The notes under the pieces were generated by a model, which had not been told where the DNA came from, searched no databases, and saw only the letters and a list, made by a program, of their open reading frames with translations. From contig NW_026943819.1 in assembly GCF_035594765.1 (NCBI RefSeq), positions 18,712,703 through 18,776,702 on the forward strand: 64,000 nt of DNA, given 5' to 3'. This stretch comes from Anolis carolinensis (Eukaryota). The translations under genes and the position numbers were made by a program. Positions 12,808 through 25,533 of the stretch are shown piece after piece. The number at the start of each line of letters is the position of its first letter. The first letter of the stretch is position 1.

Positions 12808-14350
12808 TACTTTAATACAATCATTATTACAACTATGGTTCTGTAGCCTTGAGTTTATAATCTCTCTTCTAACACATCTTCATACTTGTCCCGATTTGGC
12901 CAGGACAGTCCCAATTAATCCTGTCATCTCGCTTTCCAGTTGTTTTTAAAGCATCCCAGTTTCTCTCTCCTCCTTTTATTTCCCACTTTACATCAGCTGC
13001 TACAATCTAAGCTCAATGTGCAAAAGGAGTCTGCATTCAACTCAACAAGGTTTCCTTTAAATTGAGGCAAGACATAAATGTTGCAGTCTTTCCCTCCCTA
13101 GTTTGTCTGTCCTTCCTCCTTAATATCTTATGCCAACTTGTCTGTACTCAGATGCTGCTTGGCAACACATGTCCCGGTTTTCATCTGTGAAATGTTGGCG
13201 GATAGGCATCTGGCTGTGTATTGGAGAGAGTGCATTTCCTACATATTCTTTACCTCTATTTCCTATCCACACTACCTGTAGTTTCCTGACATTCTAAATA
13301 ACAGTTTGAGGCAGGATCTGGGTATGATGCTGAGGCACTAGCCATACTGGACTAGCAGGGGGGCAGGCGAGGAAAGAGAAGATTTGTGTGCTGAGCAGCT
13401 GTCAGCTCTGCTTGCTGGCATCTAAAAGCATGTAATTCACAACTTCTGTAAGCCGGAGAAGTTATCATTTGGAAGTTGTTGCTGTGCAGTGGCTTGACAG
13501 TCTAACAATGCAATATAAATCTTCTATTCATGCCACTCTGGCAAGACTGAATCCCAGAAATAGGCAGCAAACAGCCAAGGTGGTGATAACTTCTTGTTAC
13601 AGCAACATTCACTTCCAGCAGTCAGGCCTGTCCTCATTACCATATATTATCTTGTTGCATATGCTGAAAGTCATGCCAGTGGACTTCATTGTTGCTGGGC
13701 CTTGCTTTACTCATCCCCAGTGTTAATGGCAGAAAATACTTCCATTTTCTCTTCGCTCTTTCTAAGTCCAAAGCCCAAGCAGCCTTCTCAGATAACTCAG
13801 GTTTTGACGTGTCTACCGCTTGTGGTGTTTTTTTGCCATTCCTTTGGCTGGTGGATTGAAGTTAAGCAGCCATCAAAGCCTTGTAAAATGGGATTCGGGG
13901 TTGTGAAAGAACAGCACTTTCCCTGCCTCAATGTACTTTGGGTCTTAGCATGGGATTTCAGGCAGAACATTAAAGCATTCCAGCCACCTAAAGGGATATT
14001 ATGTTCATCTCAAGAAATGGCTGTTAAGGAAAAATAAAGTTCAAGATACAGACAGAGAGAGAGAGATGGAGAAAACTAGCGAAGGTAAGATGACAAACTT
14101 TTGCAGCTGAATTTGAGAGAACAAACTCAGGGTAAATAAAAGCCTTCCCATGTATGATAAAGGCTCTGGCTATACTGTTTTGTTACAATTATCAAAGAGG
14201 GAGAGAGAAATCAGACATTTCTTTCTCTCATATAGACATAAAGATCAAATTTAATGCTTGCAACAGAAAGAAGCAGAGAGACTGAACTGGTCATGATGCT
14301 CCATATTAACGCCGGCACCAGAGAATGTATTCCACTAGCTCATTCTAATA

Positions 14351-14632
14351 TTAATTTATTTATTTACAACATTTATACCCCACCCTTCTCACCCGAGGGG
14401 ACTCAGGGCGGCTTACAAAAATTGGCAAAATTTAATGCCCAAATTGCAATAATAAAAACAAAACAATATAAACAGATCTGTTAATAACATTGTTAAAACA
14501 CATTATAAAAACCTTAAAAACATATATATATATATATATAATTAATTCCATTCATCCGAGATCCTCATGCTTCATCCTTAAATCAGGCCATGTCAACTTT
14601 GTCATTTACTCATCAAAAGCTTGGGCACATAA
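14351..14632 (-). mobile_element. L2 LINE 3' fragment
   Basis: Minus strand encodes LCAQAFDE* (L2 ORF2 C-terminus-like), then UTR, gtaagccgccctgagtcc stem-loop and (TAAA)n. Confidence 0.7.
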
Positions 14633-14720
14633 CCTTTAATATGGCTTAAAGGTCTGTCTGCTCCTAAACAGAAAGTTGTACTCTTTCTGAAACAGATGTA
14701 CCTGCATTTTTGTGACATAT

Positions 14721-15005
14721 TGCTGAACTTGCTGACCAAAAGGTTGGCGGTTTGAATCTGAGGAATGAGGTGAGCTCCCGTTATTAGCCCCAGCTTCTGC
14801 CATCCTAGTAGTTCGAAACATGCAAATGTGAGTAGATACCGCTCTGGCAGGAACGTAACAATGCTCCATGCAGCCATGCCGGCCACATGACCTTGGAGGT
14901 GTCTACAGACAGTGCTGACTCTTCGGCTTAGAAATGGAGATGAGCACCAACCTCCAGAGTCGCACACAACTGGACTTAATGCCAGGGGAAAACCTTTACC
15001 TTTAC
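14721..15005 (+). mobile_element. Sauria SINE
   Basis: Conserved body; acctttacctttac tail. Confidence 0.88.
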
Positions 15006-16403
15006 TACACCTTTCAATTGAATCTATTTTACATCACACCCATTCATTTTTTTTTAAAAAAATGCCCCTTTTTAGAGATGGAAAGCTTGGAAATGCAAAT
15101 TGTATTACACTATCTGTTCAGTTTTGGAAGATGTAAATAATATCATGTTAAAGCAGAAACGCAGCAGATTTCTCAAGCATCCCTAGGCTGGTCAGAACTT
15201 TGGCATAATTCTTAGCTGCATCAAAGGAACAGAAAGAATAATGGGAAAGAATTCAGTACCTGCATTCTGAGCAGCACTGACTATTATCTAGCTCTGATCT
15301 ATCTCTAAAATATAGTCATTTTCCACAGACGCACTTAGAAGAATGTTCACAAACCAACACTTTCATCCTTTCACATCTGCTCTATTTTATGGCTGTAGTT
15401 GCTTTCTTCTTTTTGAATGAGTCAGGAGAGTGAAGCCATCAGGTTTCACACAGTAATGGGGTGATGTCACAATTCTAGGGAAGTGATAAGATTCAATTAT
15501 ATGATGATATCACCAAAGACAAGTGAATGTAATATTAATATGTAAAAGAGAAGATTATGACCGCCCTCCCTCCAAAGCCTCAGAAGGGAGATGGCTTTCA
15601 GCATTGCCTAAAACCTTCAAACTGATGGCTGCCATATCAATATGGCAGTGAATTTTTGCACCTCTGTAGAGTCAGAAAGCAGTATGAAGAGGACAGGAAA
15701 AATTTGCATCCCAGTTGGTGGTTTTAAGCTGGGGGAAAAAGACAGAAAGCATTAGGCTCAACTGGCTGGGAAAGGAGCTCTGCATATCCCATGGTAGGAA
15801 ACTGCTGCTCATCAAAGCCTTTTCTCCTGTGCTAATTTACTGTTGCTAAAAGGACCTACAAAAGTTTCCTTGAAGACTGTCATTTCTCCTTTCTCAGCTG
15901 AGCAGCTGAAGAATAGGCAAGGACATTTCCCGTTTCTCTGACATGCTCCTAAAGCACGGCAATTCTCACCGCATCTCTAGAAGTGGAGAGATTTGACACA
16001 GTAAGACAATTCTGTGAAAACTGGAGCCCAAGCCAGTTTATGCTGAAACAGCCAGTGAATTGGTTCCATAAAATGTATCACATTTAAATGAATGACAAGT
16101 GTGGTCATATGATGGCAACAAAGTCTGCACTTGCATAAAAGCAAAACAGAGCAAATTAGAACCTAGCAAAAACATTAACATGAAATACTCAAGTGTGTAT
16201 ATTCATTGAAGCTGAGATTCCATCTAAATTGGACCACACTAGTTGCTTCATGTGAACTGTTTCCCTACTAGTGATGTGTGATCCTGGGAAAATGCTACTC
16301 TGAGATGAGGAATGATAACAATCCCTGGGTACATCCAGTAGAATCATAAAAATATAGAGCTGGAAGGGATCCTAATGGCCCGCCAGCCCACACAGACTAT
16401 GTA

Positions 16404-16801
16404 CTGTATATACTCGAGTATAAGCTTAGTTTTTCAGCCCTTTTTTAGGGCTGAAAAAGCTCTCCTCAGCTTATACTCGAGTGAGGGTCCTGGCCAGCTT
16501 CTATTCAGGTCGGCTTATACTTGAGTATAAAGGTATTCAGAGTTGGATAGTCCTATCTTATTAAAGTCTTATTATTATCATCTTAAATTACAGTTTTATA
16601 TCAATATTCAAAAACATTTAACCCACTGATGCTTCAAATAATGGAATTTTATTAATTTTATTTTTATTTTTGAATTTGACCCATAGCTGCTGCATTTCCC
16701 ACCCTCGTCTTATACACGAATCAATAAGTTTTCCCAGTTTTTGTGGTAAAATGAGGTGCCTCAGCTTATATTCGGGTTGGCTTATATTCGAGTATATACG
16801 G
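16404..16801. mobile_element. Tc1/mariner-type MITE, second family (degenerate relative ~29160-29512)
   Basis: TIR C(C/T)GTATATACTCGAGTATAAGC; TA TSD. Confidence 0.85.
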
Positions 16802-18902
16802 TAATTCAAGTACTCCTGACAGATGCAGCATCTGCTCAAACACTTCCCATGACACCATGTTCATGATGCAGTAGTAAGCTTTTGTATGTAATTGAACATT
16901 TGGTGATCTCTTAGCGCCACAAATAATTGGATGAGATAGATTACCAATATACATTTCTACCTGGCTTTAAGTCTGGTTATGGAGAGTAAGTGGCTTTGGT
17001 CCTCTTGGTGGATGATCTGCTCCTTTATCAGAGTATTTGCAGCGCAGCAGTAGTTGGATGGAAGCAGTGGAGCACAGAACGAAGAGACACTCAGAGACAT
17101 TGGTAAAACTATTTACAAAGTTTTACTGTATCAACACAGACTTACAGTTGACAGATGAACACAGGACTTGACTCTAGGCAGACAGAACTCAACTGAACTG
17201 ACACAATCAATTATGCACACACACTTGTGTCTGGATACTCCCTAGTTCCAGCCACACATCAAGGTCATCATAGCTTCTTGGCAATTAACTCTTTCCACAC
17301 TATGGCACATTCTGGATGATGCAATCAGCTGCAATACAAGCATGGCACAAATTGCATTTAAACACTATCAATACACAAATCCCACATTAACATCCTTGTA
17401 ATGGACAGGAGTTGTGTGGCTTTGGACACTATCACCAATAGTATCCTTCTATCTTGACTGATTGGGACAGGGCTAGTCCAATGTTCACTTTTTCCTTCAG
17501 TTTTATTGCAAATGAAGGAGAAAGTGAAAAATTCTGCACAATTCTCAAAAAGCATTTTTTTAGCTTTGCAAAGTTTCTTGGTGACTTACTCTGTACAGAA
17601 AAATACATGTACTTTGTGCACATAAGACACTTACTATCTACTCTGCAGGAAGCAGAATAAGTTCACAAGAGACTTCACAAAATGTGAAGAATATCACAAT
17701 TGCACTATTCTTTTCTCTGGGAGTTTCCATGCACCAGAAGGCCATTATTTTGCTGGGAAACAAAATGTGGAGAATATTTGTTCCAACTGTAGCCCACAGG
17801 TTGCAGATATGAGCTCTGCAAATGTTTGCAGATCTGTTTAATCCCAGTCTCTTTGAATTTTTAAGCCTAAACCAAAGAGGCTGGCGAAGGTGGAGCAGGA
17901 AAGGTTGAAGCAATGAGTGGGGGCAGTGTAAATGATTTGGAGAAAGTTTTCAGTTTTCTGAAAAGTGAATGTTGTAGAAGAAAAGTTTCAGGTTGGCTGG
18001 GATTTTAATTGAAGTGACTCTGCCACTTCTTAGTCGGGGGATCAGCAAAAGGATCAGGCAATTGTTAATATTTTCCTACACTCTGATGCTTTTTAAGCAG
18101 GCGTCATCCCTAAGCATTTCTTGACAGGCTCTTGGAAACATAATGCACTGTGGCTTCTATTTCCTTTCTCTTAATAGAATGCAAAGCTCTGTTTTCAAAA
18201 GAATATGCTAACGTTTTAAGCTCTTTTTGTTAGTATAAATGATAATGCAGTCAACACAAGGGCCTCTTCGTCCCCTTGAAGTATTCGTACATCTAATTCC
18301 CATTCACCTTAACACAAATGTGCCACGCTGGAGGATAAACCTTAATGCCTGCCTGTCTTGAAAAGCAACTTGTTTGCAGATATGCAAAGTGTTTGTGTAT
18401 GGATGAAAGACGCCGCCTGCTATTGGCCAAACAAAGTGAAAGGGGAAGGGCTGTGGTTGTTGCTAGAGGAATTCCTTTGGGGCTGGTGGTTCAGCTCTGG
18501 ATCTGTTGCTTTGCAACAGTACCAAACATGTGGCCCACATTCATGGAAAGCAAACACTCATCTCAAGCAGGCCATTCTACAACAATACAATGCCACACAT
18601 GCACACACATTGTAAATTTAAGCAAACCACAATGGCTGTTTTCAAAAATTATATCTTGGTGAATAATGTGATAAATTCTCAAGACTTCTCTTAACATATC
18701 AGATAATCTCACAACTTCTTCCCTCTTGGATTGTTATGATTAGCCAGTAAATGATCTCCAAAGTCAGATAGGATCTGACCTGACAGTTTGATGTTGGTTT
18801 AAGATTTTGGCTTGTTCCAAACCATAGTTCCCTGTGCTCTATTTCTTTCCTTCTCTTTTTCCATCTCTCTCTCTCTCCCTCCCTCCCTCTCTCTCTCTCT
18901 CA

Positions 18903-19119
18903 GTAAAGATAAAAGTTTCCCCTGACATTAAGTCCATTCGTGTCTGACTCTGGGGATTGGTGCTTATCTCCATTTCTAAGCTGAAGAGCTGGCATTGTCC
19001 ATAGACACCTCCAAGGTCATGTGGCCGGCATGACTGCATGGAGCGCCGTTACCTTCCCGCCGGAGCGGTACCTATTGATCTACTCACATTGGCATGTTTT
19101 CGAACTGCTAGGTTGGCAT
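18903..19119 (-). mobile_element. Sauria SINE, 5'-truncated
   Basis: Body match to the 5922 copy. Confidence 0.88.
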
Positions 19120-20622
19120 GTATCTCTCTACATAGATATAATTGTTTAGTTGTGGGTAATACCTATCAAAACCTCAGAATAATTTTGGAGAAAAGTTTGC
19201 CTTAAGAACTGAATGGAGGCTTACAAGTCCCTCTAATTCCCCTCAATGTATTTTACAGGAAAAAAACTGGCTTTTCATTCACTCTATTTCTGAAATGTTT
19301 AGAAATGGAGGACATTATGGACTACTGCAGTCTTTGTTATTCCACTGAAGGACAATAAAGAATAAGGGAAGCAAGCAAACTAAACAGGAACATATTTTAA
19401 TTGGGAACTTTGTATAAAACAAAGAAACGATTTCAAGCAAATGAGGAATAGGAAAAGCTGTTCCGATATCAGAATTTTAATGACTTTGTGGCATCCCTGT
19501 CTGCTATGTATCAGCTTTGAAAATGGCACGTCCGGTTGTTGTGATAATTACTGAATCTCAACATTTACTGCAGATTGAACAGCAACAAGGAGCCAGCACA
19601 TACTGTATGGAGATAATTGCCCAGTTGGATACGTATGAAAGATGCAGAGATTCCCCTCCACCCACCATCTTACACTTATGAATACAGAAGATTTGATAAT
19701 TATCACTGCTGCTACTTGTTAAAGTATCAGAAAGCAGCAAAACACAAACAAACAAATGCCAATGCGGTTTATTCATTATAACTCAGAAAACACGTTGTTG
19801 CATTGATCTCAAGATTGCAAACAAATGCACTCAGCGAAGAAAGGACTTATGATGTTTACAGCACTGCTGCTCAAAACAGCCCTGAGGTTTGCTTCGGGGG
19901 ATTATGTCTCCATAATTGATACAATATTGCATTTATAGGTAAATCAGTACAAAACGGACGCTTCCAACATTCACCCGTTTTAGTGTACATCAGATAAAAG
20001 CTTTAAAGCTGGGATATGCATACAAAACACTTGAATCGATATGACTGATATATCTGGAGAAAGCAGAACCAAAGGTTCTCAGAAGGCACCCCAGATTAAT
20101 GTGAACTTTATTGGATATCTTTTCAAAGAGAATCCCAAACAAGCAAAAGATCTTGTCAATGTTGTCAGCCATTTAAGAGAACCACAGAAATGCCTCCTAT
20201 CTCTCTTCAAGCCCACTCTAAATCTAAACTTGTCACCCCACTCCAATCTCAGCTTTCTATTTTTCCATTCAGGACAGAGCCAGTCAGAAGGCAAACACAA
20301 TCACCTTGGTCAACCAAATTTCATTTATCTATCACACAATGGGATGAGGCAACATGACTGTTTAAGACAGGACTGCAACATGTCCTATTGAGAGCATCAG
20401 CTGGGGCGTCTAATAGGATCAATCAGGAAATTCTCATCACTACAGTTACCATCTACCCTCTCCTTATTTTTCCTCCTCCTAATATTAATTTATTTATAGA
20501 GCACACTAACTGCATTGCTTGACTTCAAAAGCAACTATATCCCTTGCTTAATGATAGGGCCCCCTTTCCAGTAGCAGGCAGTGCATTTTATGCCAGTGGG
20601 ATAGTAAACCAACTCTGGGTTT

Positions 20623-20764
20623 GTTGTATGTTTTCCGGGCTGTATGGCCATGTTCCAGAAGTATTCTCTCTCTCCAGAGAATACTTCTGGAACATAGCCA
20701 TACAGCCCAGAAAACACACAACAACCCTGTGATTCCAGCCATGAAAGCCTTCGACAACACATCA
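20623..20764 (+). mobile_element. Penelope-like fold-back mini-insertion
   Basis: ~48-bp inverted arms plus ~35-bp tail; 12-bp direct repeat AACTCTGGGTTT flanks; family assignment from recalled similarity. Confidence 0.65.
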
Positions 20765-21075
20765 AACTCTGGGTTTATTTTGAAGGCGCTATCCAAGGTG
20801 CTAGATTTATTTTGAGGTTAGAATTCAGCATTGTCTCCAAAATAGTTTCTTTGAAGTTCAGACAGAAAACTTGGGAAGAGTCGATCTCTCCACTGACCAT
20901 CAGCTAACACTGCAGTGGACTTAGATTTGTATTGGACACATCTTCACAATCATTGTGGTAAAATATTCTGACAGCCACACATTCTGTTTTTATATTAAAT
21001 TCCTCTCTTGAAAATGTTACATATTTATTAGTCATAGTGTGGCAATTATGAGACTTTAGAAATACATTCACCTGT

Positions 21076-21605
21076 GACAGCCACAAGAATAACCTTTGCG
21101 AGATTTTGGAAACAAAAAGAAATCCCAACAAGACAACAATGGTTAGAGAAATTGGATGAAATATTTTGATATGGTCAAAACTGACTAATCAATAAAGAGT
21201 TGTTGTTATTGTTGGATGAAATATATATGGATAAATTAACATACTTAATGAAAACAAGCAGAGGAAATGCAATAAAAAGGACAGATTGGGGAAAAAAATA
21301 TGAAGAATACAAGAAAAAGTCAAAGGAAAACTAAACAAAAGGAGAATCCGAGATTGGAAACTATAAAATAGACCAGAGCATAAAGGGAAAATAAATAAGA
21401 AATGAAAACAATACCACAAAGAATAGAAAACGGAAGAACAAACAAGACTTTTTACCCTACTTTACCCCCACATCCTAGACTATTCACCCATATCCCTGGG
21501 TTTTTTTCCTTCTATTTAACTTCCATACCAATCTTTCCTCACCTACCTTTCCCTTTTAATCATGTACACGAAAGAAAATCTTAATAAAAATTACAAAAAA
21601 GAGAA
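21076..21605 (+). mobile_element. L1 LINE 3' fragment
   Basis: TATRITFARFWKQKEIPTRQQWLEKL (L1 ORF2 C-terminus-like), AATAAA and A-rich tail, 18-bp TSD AGAAATACATTCACCTGT. Confidence 0.8.
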
Positions 21606-22859
21606 AGAAATACATTCACCTGTCCGTTATTATTATAGTTAATTAAAAAAATTAACACTAGAGGACTCAAGTAGAAAAAAGAAAATATGATTATAATTTC
21701 AGTCACTCCACAATTCTGTAGAATGACATTCTAGGTGGTTCTCCCTGCATTTAATGATATCCAGAAAAAGAAAACATATTTATTTGATAGTTGCTTAGCA
21801 GAAATGTAGTGAAGGCAAATATTCCCCTATATAATTAAAGCAGCAACAGAAGCACTCCAAGCACTGTGCAGTATTTAAACTTAACAAAAAGAAATTTCAG
21901 TTAGATATACACACAGCAGATAAGTGGACCTGGTGCTGTTAAGTCTATATAAGAATAACAGAGGGAAATTGCAGCCAGCAGAGAAAAGGCACAGACACCA
22001 ATGCTGTTTTTCCAAATGCTGAAAACACAGGATTTCTTAAATCAGGGAGGCAAGCTTTCCGGAAAAGAGAAAAACAGAAACAGGGGACATGTTAGGAAGT
22101 ACATGATTAACAAGCTGTTGTTTCAGAAAACAAAAGATCAGCCAACTGTCCTAGCATTAAATATAACCATCTGTGTAGCTTATACATAGTGTTAAGGTTA
22201 GAAGTTCTTCCTAAAAGAGGGAGGAATTTAGTTGACTAATAGAGAAGGAATCAGAAAATCCAAACAGCTCCTGCTCCAACATTAGGAAAAAGATGACAGC
22301 AGTGGGCTGCATGAAATGTCAACTGTTGTGTATGTACTTGGGAAGATTTCAGACTCAGGACTTGGAAGTCTCTAAGACGAGCTTTGATGGGTTGTGTTGC
22401 ATGTGCAAAGACAAGAACAAAAAGGTACATGCATAGATCCCCTACCACATATACCACAGACAAGTGTACATGATCCAGTGTTAGAAGTTAAGAAACGGCC
22501 TGATTAGTATGTGAAGTTTGGCCTCTCTTCTCACAACCTTCTGCTCAGATCACCAAACACACCTCTTGATCATCATTTAATATGAGCAACTTAGAAGGTA
22601 TGTGGACATGGAAGCTAATAAATTAGGTCTCTGGATGAAGGGTTGTAATATCATAGAATGTCTTGGGGGAAGAAACATTCCATATGTCCCAGAGATCATC
22701 TGTTTTAAGATGGCTGTAGAGATGCCAGATTGAGACAGCATAGTGCCTAAGGCCCAAAGAATCAAGGACATGTGGTGTAGATAGAGCAGCTGAAGTGAAA
22801 TAGAGAGCATTTAACCCATTTATGCAATTTCATTGCAAGTTTTAGGGCAGTGTATAAGG

Positions 22860-22993
22860 CAGGCATGGGCAAACTTGGTCCCTCCAAGTATTTTGGACTA
22901 CAATTTTCACAATTCTTACCAGCCAGTAGCCTGTTAGGAATTGTGGGAGTTGTAGTCCAAAATACCTGGAGGGACCAAGTTTGCCCATGCCTG
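22860..22993. mobile_element. hAT-type MITE (CAGGCATGGGCAAACTT family)
   Basis: Long TIRs; 8-bp TSD GT(A/G)TAAGG. Confidence 0.9.
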
Positions 22994-23616
22994 GTGTAAG
23001 GATTTTGGGTATAAAGGAGCACCAGAACTTCTGTTCTAAGAAAGGAAATACAATACTTCCCATTACAAGTATATGCTTGACTGGGTTGTAAAAATAGTTT
23101 TTTCACCATATAAAAGAAAAGAAAATACAACAATATATTTATTAATTTGGAAAAAATTATAACATTGACCACAACGTCCCAACAGGCAAAGGGAATTAAA
23201 GAAATTAATTTTGTACCAACATCTGCTGCTTAATTACCTTAAATCCTTATCGGAGATCTACCTTGACTTGGCATGAGAATTATGGAGATTGCACTTGCAC
23301 ACACACATATTTATTTATTTACAGTTGATGATCAGCACCAAAAAACGAACATAGTACGAGAAAGTTGCATTTGACCCAGTATATCTATTTCACTCTAAGC
23401 ATGCATCAGACTGCACTCCATGTCTGAAAGTTCTTATAGGCAGATATCCAAGTCTTCAGCCCATATTGTGTTAGATCCTGATGTAATCATGCTTCAAAGA
23501 GAACCACTGAAATTAATGAGGCAACTCCATGATGACTAGCTTATTTCAGTGGGTCTACTCCAAGTCTGCATTCAGTTCTATTAGGTTTAAAATGTCAAAA
23601 TACAGAATGGTTGCTA

Positions 23617-24191
23617 TCTATATATATATAAAAGGGTAATGAAATTTCGGCCTAGGACAAAACAACAAAACTACACATCCCAGAAACACTAAACTTGGCA
23701 GCACAACTCCTCATCCATGCCTCTACGTTCATACAACAAAAAGAAAAGAAAAATAAAGTCCTAATTAGAGGGAGAGGAAGAATTGTGTTTTACCCAATTG
23801 CTGCCTGTTAGAAGGCTAAGCTCTGCCCACTTGGTCTCCTAGCAACCCACTCAGCCCAGGGGACAGGCAGAGTTAGGCCTCACTTAGGCCTCTTCCACAC
23901 TGCCTATAAGATACAGATTATCTGATTTGAACTGGATTATATGGCAGTGTAGACTCAAGGCCCTTCCACACAGCTATATTACCCATTTATAATCTTATAT
24001 TATCTGCTTTGAACTGGATTATCTTGACTCCACACTGCCATATAATCCACTTCAGTGTGCAGTCAGACACGACTGCACTTAATGTCAGGGAAAAACCTTT
24101 ACCCTTTACCTTAACTACCACCAATTCCTCAATACTTTATTTCCCATACCACTATACTTTGCCACAGCAACACGTGGCCGGGCACAGCTAG
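23617..24191 (+). mobile_element. Non-autonomous Helitron (cargo-bearing subfamily)
   Basis: A|TC(TA)n...subterminal hairpin...CTAG|T. Confidence 0.87.
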
Positions 24192-25259
24192 TAATTATAT
24201 AACTGAAGGAGATTGTCCAACAGTCTGCCTTTAAATTTGTGACACACAATCATATTCTTGATAAACATAATCTTGTCTGTGTGTGTGTGTATATATGTGT
24301 GGGGTCATATTTGGTGATAACTGCAAGGGGAATTTTTATTTCTTACCATCCATGATGTTAAAGAAGGTGGGCACTTCGGTTTTGTAATGCTAAAGAAGTG
24401 TCTTCCATGTTCTGGGATACCATCCAAGAATTCATGTGTGCTCATAATCAACATTGGCAGGAGGTCTCATGATATTTACTCACATAATACAAACATCTTC
24501 TTAGATAGCTTTTGAAATAAGTAGGAAACATTGCTAGAAAACTAGAGATTGATTTACCACTGCTATGAGAAATCAGTTCCCATTCTGTAAGAAGAATGGT
24601 ATTCCCCTCTGATAGAAAGTCCATATATACACATATGGTGATGAAAAGAAAGAAAAGAAAAAAGCAGGGAGTTCTCCTACCATTCCCTCGAAGGATATGA
24701 AACAAATCATTTTCAACCTTTGCTGTTGGCTGCAGAGCTTATTAAAATATATGTGTCCAGTACTAATGGGAAACAAATTGAGGTTTGAAGAGATGGGAAT
24801 GAACTAGCCAATATTTAAATGGAGATATGAATTGCTTGGCACTCTGAAGTGTAGTATGTTCTTTAGCAAGTGATGATTTTTTTTGTGCTGACATTCATTA
24901 GGAATAGTGCATTACAGGGAATCCATACAGATCCAAAAGAGGAACCAATCCAAAAACATAGCACAAAACTTTTAGTATGGCCATTGAGCATTTAATCATG
25001 GAAGTCTTTATTCTTTTCACCCATTAGGAAAGGCTGCAGAGGGGGGGAAAAGAGCTGTTGGAGAATAATAAAGGAATCCAGGTGATGTGAAATAGAACAT
25101 TGTCATGTGTTTTCATGTATTCCTGGAACTACCTGCATAAGTTGTGGATAGATATCAATGGAACTAAACTAAAAACTAAAACTTTATTTATAAAGGCTCT
25201 TCCCATGACCTTGTAACACCTTAACTTCCTTCTTGTTTACAAGTTCCACTCAGTGCACT

Positions 25260-25442
25260 TTGCCCAGCTCATTTTATGTTTTTATTGCTGTGTTTTTCAT
25301 GTGTTTTATAATGATTGTGATTTTTTAATGCCTTTTAAATTTATTTGTGTGTTTTTGTATTTGATATTACTGTATGCTGGTTTTATATCTGTAAGCCACC
25401 CCGAGTCCCTCTGGGGAGATGGTGGCAGGGTACAAAAATAAA

Positions 25443-25496
<54 letters not shown>

Positions 25497-25533
25497 CCCC
25501 ACCACCATCTCCCCGCAGGGACTCGGGGCGGCT
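25260..25533. mobile_element. Two L2-like 3' ends tail-to-tail sharing a (TTA)n
   Basis: gtaagccaccccgagtccc...ggggagatggtgg (+) and an inverted copy at 25496-25533. Confidence 0.75.

Noticed and set aside
13594-14037. 147-aa ORF in unique DNA
   Set aside because: Non-ATG start, no recognisable domain and no convincing splice sites.
16972-17338. Possible third solo LTR (ends AATACA)
   Set aside because: No clean TG start or TSD found.
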